A stretch of DNA of 64,000 nucleotides from positions 93,248,001 through 93,312,000 of the forward strand of contig OX597815.1 in NCBI GenBank assembly GCA_951406725.2, given 5' to 3'. Of the stretch, positions 62,043 to 64,000 are shown in pieces. Below the pieces are notes generated by a model. That model saw only the letters and a program-made list of their open reading frames with translations. It was not told where the DNA came from and ran no database searches. This stretch comes from Octopus vulgaris. Lineage: Eukaryota. Position 1 is the first letter of the stretch, and the number at the start of each line of letters is the position of its first letter. The position numbers and the translations under genes were made by a program.

Positions 62043-63354
62043 GTTTACATACTAGCCTGAATTAAGTGTTTCTGAAAATGTTGACATTTGCTAGTTAGTG
62101 AAGTAAATACTTTTCTTAGTCTCAACTGCTCAAATATAAACTGGGTGTAGCTTAATTTCTTTTATTTTTTATTAATAACCTGATGCTTTTCACACAACCA
62201 CTTCATTTGAAACATTTCTATTATTGTTATTCCAATTGTTATATGTTACATTTTATTTTAAAACAAAATTAGAGCAGAACATTTTAAGCCACACCCCTAA
62301 GTGTCATATAAACTTTGTATTATCATTAGTGTAAATGTATTTACTACAAACTAAATACTTCTTAGTGCTTCCCATAATTTTAAATTCTGTAAGTACTTCC
62401 CAGCAAGTCAGTTGTTTTATTGTACGACTTCTGAATAATACAGCTAATCCATAAATATAACCAATTTATTATCCCCCACCAAGACCACACATACAACAAC
62501 TAATCATTACAGACTTAATTAGAAATAACTTCTAATTAGAAATTGATATCCAAGAGTAAATGCAGTAGATTTACAGGAGATGATGAAAGATTTTGCTTAT
62601 CTTCAAATTGCTTATTTAAAATACAAAAACAATTCATCCTCTGTTGATAAGATTTTATAAAATAAAAAAATGTATATAATTCTCCCTAGAGAGCCACCAA
62701 CTCAATTACTCAAGTTGATTGGTGGAATACATGTCAACACATATTGCTACTGACCTTAGATACTACCTGCATTTTTACTGACTGATTTACCAATTAGAGT
62801 TGTTTCAATGCAGCCACACACACACACACACTGACTTCTATGAGCAGGAGGATGTAAGATGGTTACAAACTACTATCAACATGTTGGGTAGTTTTAACAT
62901 AAAACAGCTTTAAGAAATATGTCAGGAATGTTAAAACACTTGTACCTCAACATCTCTAACAGTGGTAATCCATTTTATTTACATAGGCAAGACAAATTTA
63001 TAACAAGAAGGTACCTGTTTTAAACACTCTACTTTGAAATTCCATATATTAATGATGACAGTTCATAATTTATGAGATTTCATGTTAAAATTTAGAACTC
63101 ATTAGCTCATATCCCAAATGTTTTGTGTTGTCAGTGGTTAGGGAAATGCTACTTGATGCATTTTTAACCAATTGTTTAAGTATCAGGCTGTCTTGTAAAA
63201 CTTATTTCTGACTGACTAGTATCTTATCCAGAGATAATGAATAATTGATGGACTATATACATATACAATAAAATATTTAAAAAATTTTTTTTCTCTATAA
63301 AATGTTTAAACAATAATCAAAGAGGTGAAAATTATTCTGTTTTACACACTTAAA

Positions 63355-63470
63355 GAGGCACAGTTATGACTGTGGTTAAGAAGTTCACTTCCCAACCACA
63401 TGGTTCTGAGTTCAGTTCCACTGTGTGACACCTTGGGCTTTGTGAGTGAATTTGGTAAACAGAAACATGC
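63355..63470 (+). mobile_element. tRNA-derived SINE head (39859 family)
   Basis: ggcacagttatgactgtggttaagaagttcacttcccaaccacatggttctgagttcagttccactg. Confidence 0.72.
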
Positions 63471-64000
63471 ATGTGCATGTGTACACTTATTATATTAGTT
63501 GTATGAACAACAGTGGAATGGCTAAATAGCAGCATTTGACTGTGTGTGAGGAACCCTCAACCATCATCAAATAATCACACCTATACTCTTCCTTTCATAT
63601 GCACAAAATAGATATTAAACAGCTCAGAACTAACAGAAAAACTCTACTCTTTCAAAATGCAACACTTCAGAACTATTATGAATGTTGAAATGATGAAACT
63701 TTGCACTAGAGAGATTGTAAAGATGTTGGAGTAGAGACCACAACATGTGTCAAAGTGGGAACCTCAGTCTGACTCCTCATAGGCAAGGAGCATGTACAAC
63801 TTCTTCTGGATGGGTAGCAGTACTAGAGTTGGTGAAGAGTTATGTTGTTTTCAGAGAAATGGATAGATAACATGTTTAAAGTAGTAGGGCTATATGATAC
63901 CTGTCATAATTAAGATTTAAATTGGTTATAGAGACAACACAGCAGTAAAAGTGATTTCTGCATAAGCACTCAAACAACACTGATAGGAATAGAAGGATCA

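Overview
Eukaryotic (animal) genomic DNA: AT-rich, CpG-depleted and rich in microsatellites and transposons. The SINE/RTE repeat complement suggests a coleoid cephalopod, probably Octopus (inference from pattern recognition, not a database search). The window lies inside one large minus-strand gene, a Trio/Kalirin-family Rho-GEF. I reconstructed 16 consecutive phase-compatible GT-AG exons (2480-32640; 2033 nt, about 677 codons). They encode spectrin repeats, the linker and most of the first DH (GEF1) domain. 32641-64000 is an intron of more than 31 kb with no convincing exon. The introns hold decayed mobile elements: a mariner, MITEs, RTE-like LINEs with a PHD-like finger inside the RT, R4-like remnants, Penelope-like (PLE) remnants and several SINE families. 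The most notable signal is a set of four type-I hammerhead ribozyme motifs. One has an intact core and a large branched stem II (59929-60034). One is minimal and lies downstream of a GIY-YIG remnant (15893-15930). Two complementary-degenerate copies sit in inverted arms built as tRNA-like head + hammerhead, which flank a Penelope RT fragment (1018-2303). Apart from exon-overlapping and transposon-derived ORFs, the supplied ORFs look spurious.
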